DNA from: the human T2T-CHM13v2.0 reference genome, Homo sapiens
NCBI RefSeq assembly: GCF_009914755.1
Contig: NC_060926.1
Reading direction: 5' to 3' (one strand)
DNA: 64,000 bases
Made by a program: the position numbers and the translations under genes. Positions 61,160 to 64,000 of this stretch are shown in pieces. The notes beneath the pieces are model-generated. The model ran no database searches, was not told the origin of the DNA, and was given only the letters and a program-made list of their open reading frames with translations. Positions within the stretch are counted from its first letter, which is position 1. Each line of letters begins with the position of its first letter.

Positions 61160-61399
61160 CACCCCAAATTATTTTATTGTGTACCTCTGCTACATGCATA
61201 TTTACTTATAAAAATATATTTATAGATTATAAAACATACATAAAATATAAGCTAAAAATGATATAAAGATAAAATTAACAACACTGTAAAAATAATTTAT
61301 ATTACTTATATTGTGGTATTTTCACCTGCCATACCTGAAAAAGAAATCTGAAAAAATATGTAGATACTAATGGAAGAAATGCTTTTGTCGTAAATTAAG

Positions 61400-63090
<1,691 letters not shown>

Positions 63091-64000
63091 TAATTAAATG
63101 CACATATTAGAAAAGAAGAAAGGTTGAAAATTAATAAGCTAAGCATCTATCTGAAAAAGTTAAAGGATTTTTTCCCGATCCTAGTTAGCTGTTAAAAACT
63201 GTATGTGAGCCCATCATTCCTACTGAAACCATATTGTAATTTAAACCACATTTTTGTTATAGGGACACCTACCAACATTTAAAAATACTTCCTACTCTAA
63301 AGTAGAGTTGAAGTTTATCATTTATAAATGGAGATATGGCATAGAAGCTGAGAATAACAGTTGACGCCACATGAACTGGCAAACACATTTTCTTGAATAT
63401 TTTAATTTTGTAATTTTTAAAACATTCTGGGCTGAGTCACTTATTTTGGTGATGGCATTTTGGAATCCTATGCTAAGAATTAAATGTATCATTTTTTCTA
63501 GGAGGGTCTAGCCATAGTTTTTAGGCTTTAGAGATAGAATGTACTTGATGTATCAAGAATATCATATGTCATCAAATGCATAGCCCCATTCCCCTGAAAA
63601 TCAACCTAGAAAATCTATCTGAATGCAATTTTGTCTTCTTTTACCGATTTTAATTTGTCCTTTTTGCTTGTAAAAAGGTCTAAGACTTGACCTTGTGGAT
63701 TTGGTCTGGCCAGTCAGATGGGGTATAATTATAGCCCTTTCAAGGCTGAATATGTAAGATTCCATGAACCAGTTCAGATGCCTTTGCAGATAAAATGCTC
63801 ATGTTTTAGATTATTTAGATAGATGTTAAGATACCCTTTGTCAGTCTTCCAGCTTCTTTACTGCTGCATCCAGTCTAGAAACCATGATAATTTTTGAAAC
63901 TGAGTAATCTATGTTAGATTTAATTCAGAGAAAATAAATTCTAAAAGATGAAAATGTAGTTAATATTAGTTAACAGTAATTTACTGTAATATGTGACTTT

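Overview
Primate, almost certainly human, genomic DNA around the head-to-head RBKS / BABAM2 (BRE) gene pair. On the minus strand are RBKS (ribokinase) coding exons 1 (33377-33465) and 2 (1596-1728), separated by a 31,648-bp intron. On the plus strand are the BABAM2 non-coding first exon (ending 33962) and first coding exon (37653-37804, ATG at 37677); the rest of the window is BABAM2 intron 2. The two genes share a CpG-island bidirectional promoter (~33280-34030). Next to it is a dense CRE cluster with a minus-strand TATA-like box and a downstream polyA signal, which fits the antisense lncRNA BRE-AS1. The introns are mostly transposon-derived: about 25 Alus including one very young AluY, L1s of several ages, and MaLR LTRs. 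They also hold a complete 2,682-bp Charlie3-type hAT transposon with a perfect 8-bp TSD, a MYG1 processed pseudogene and a 5S rRNA 5' fragment. Almost all other ORFs in the supplied track are repeat-derived or chance. I found no convincing new biological system. The most interesting unexplained structures are a ~120-bp templated insertion apparently copied from 10 kb away, several fold-back/duplication scars, an L1 micro-transduction, and the layered promoter architecture. Repeat subfamily names and gene identities are recalled from memory, not from a search.
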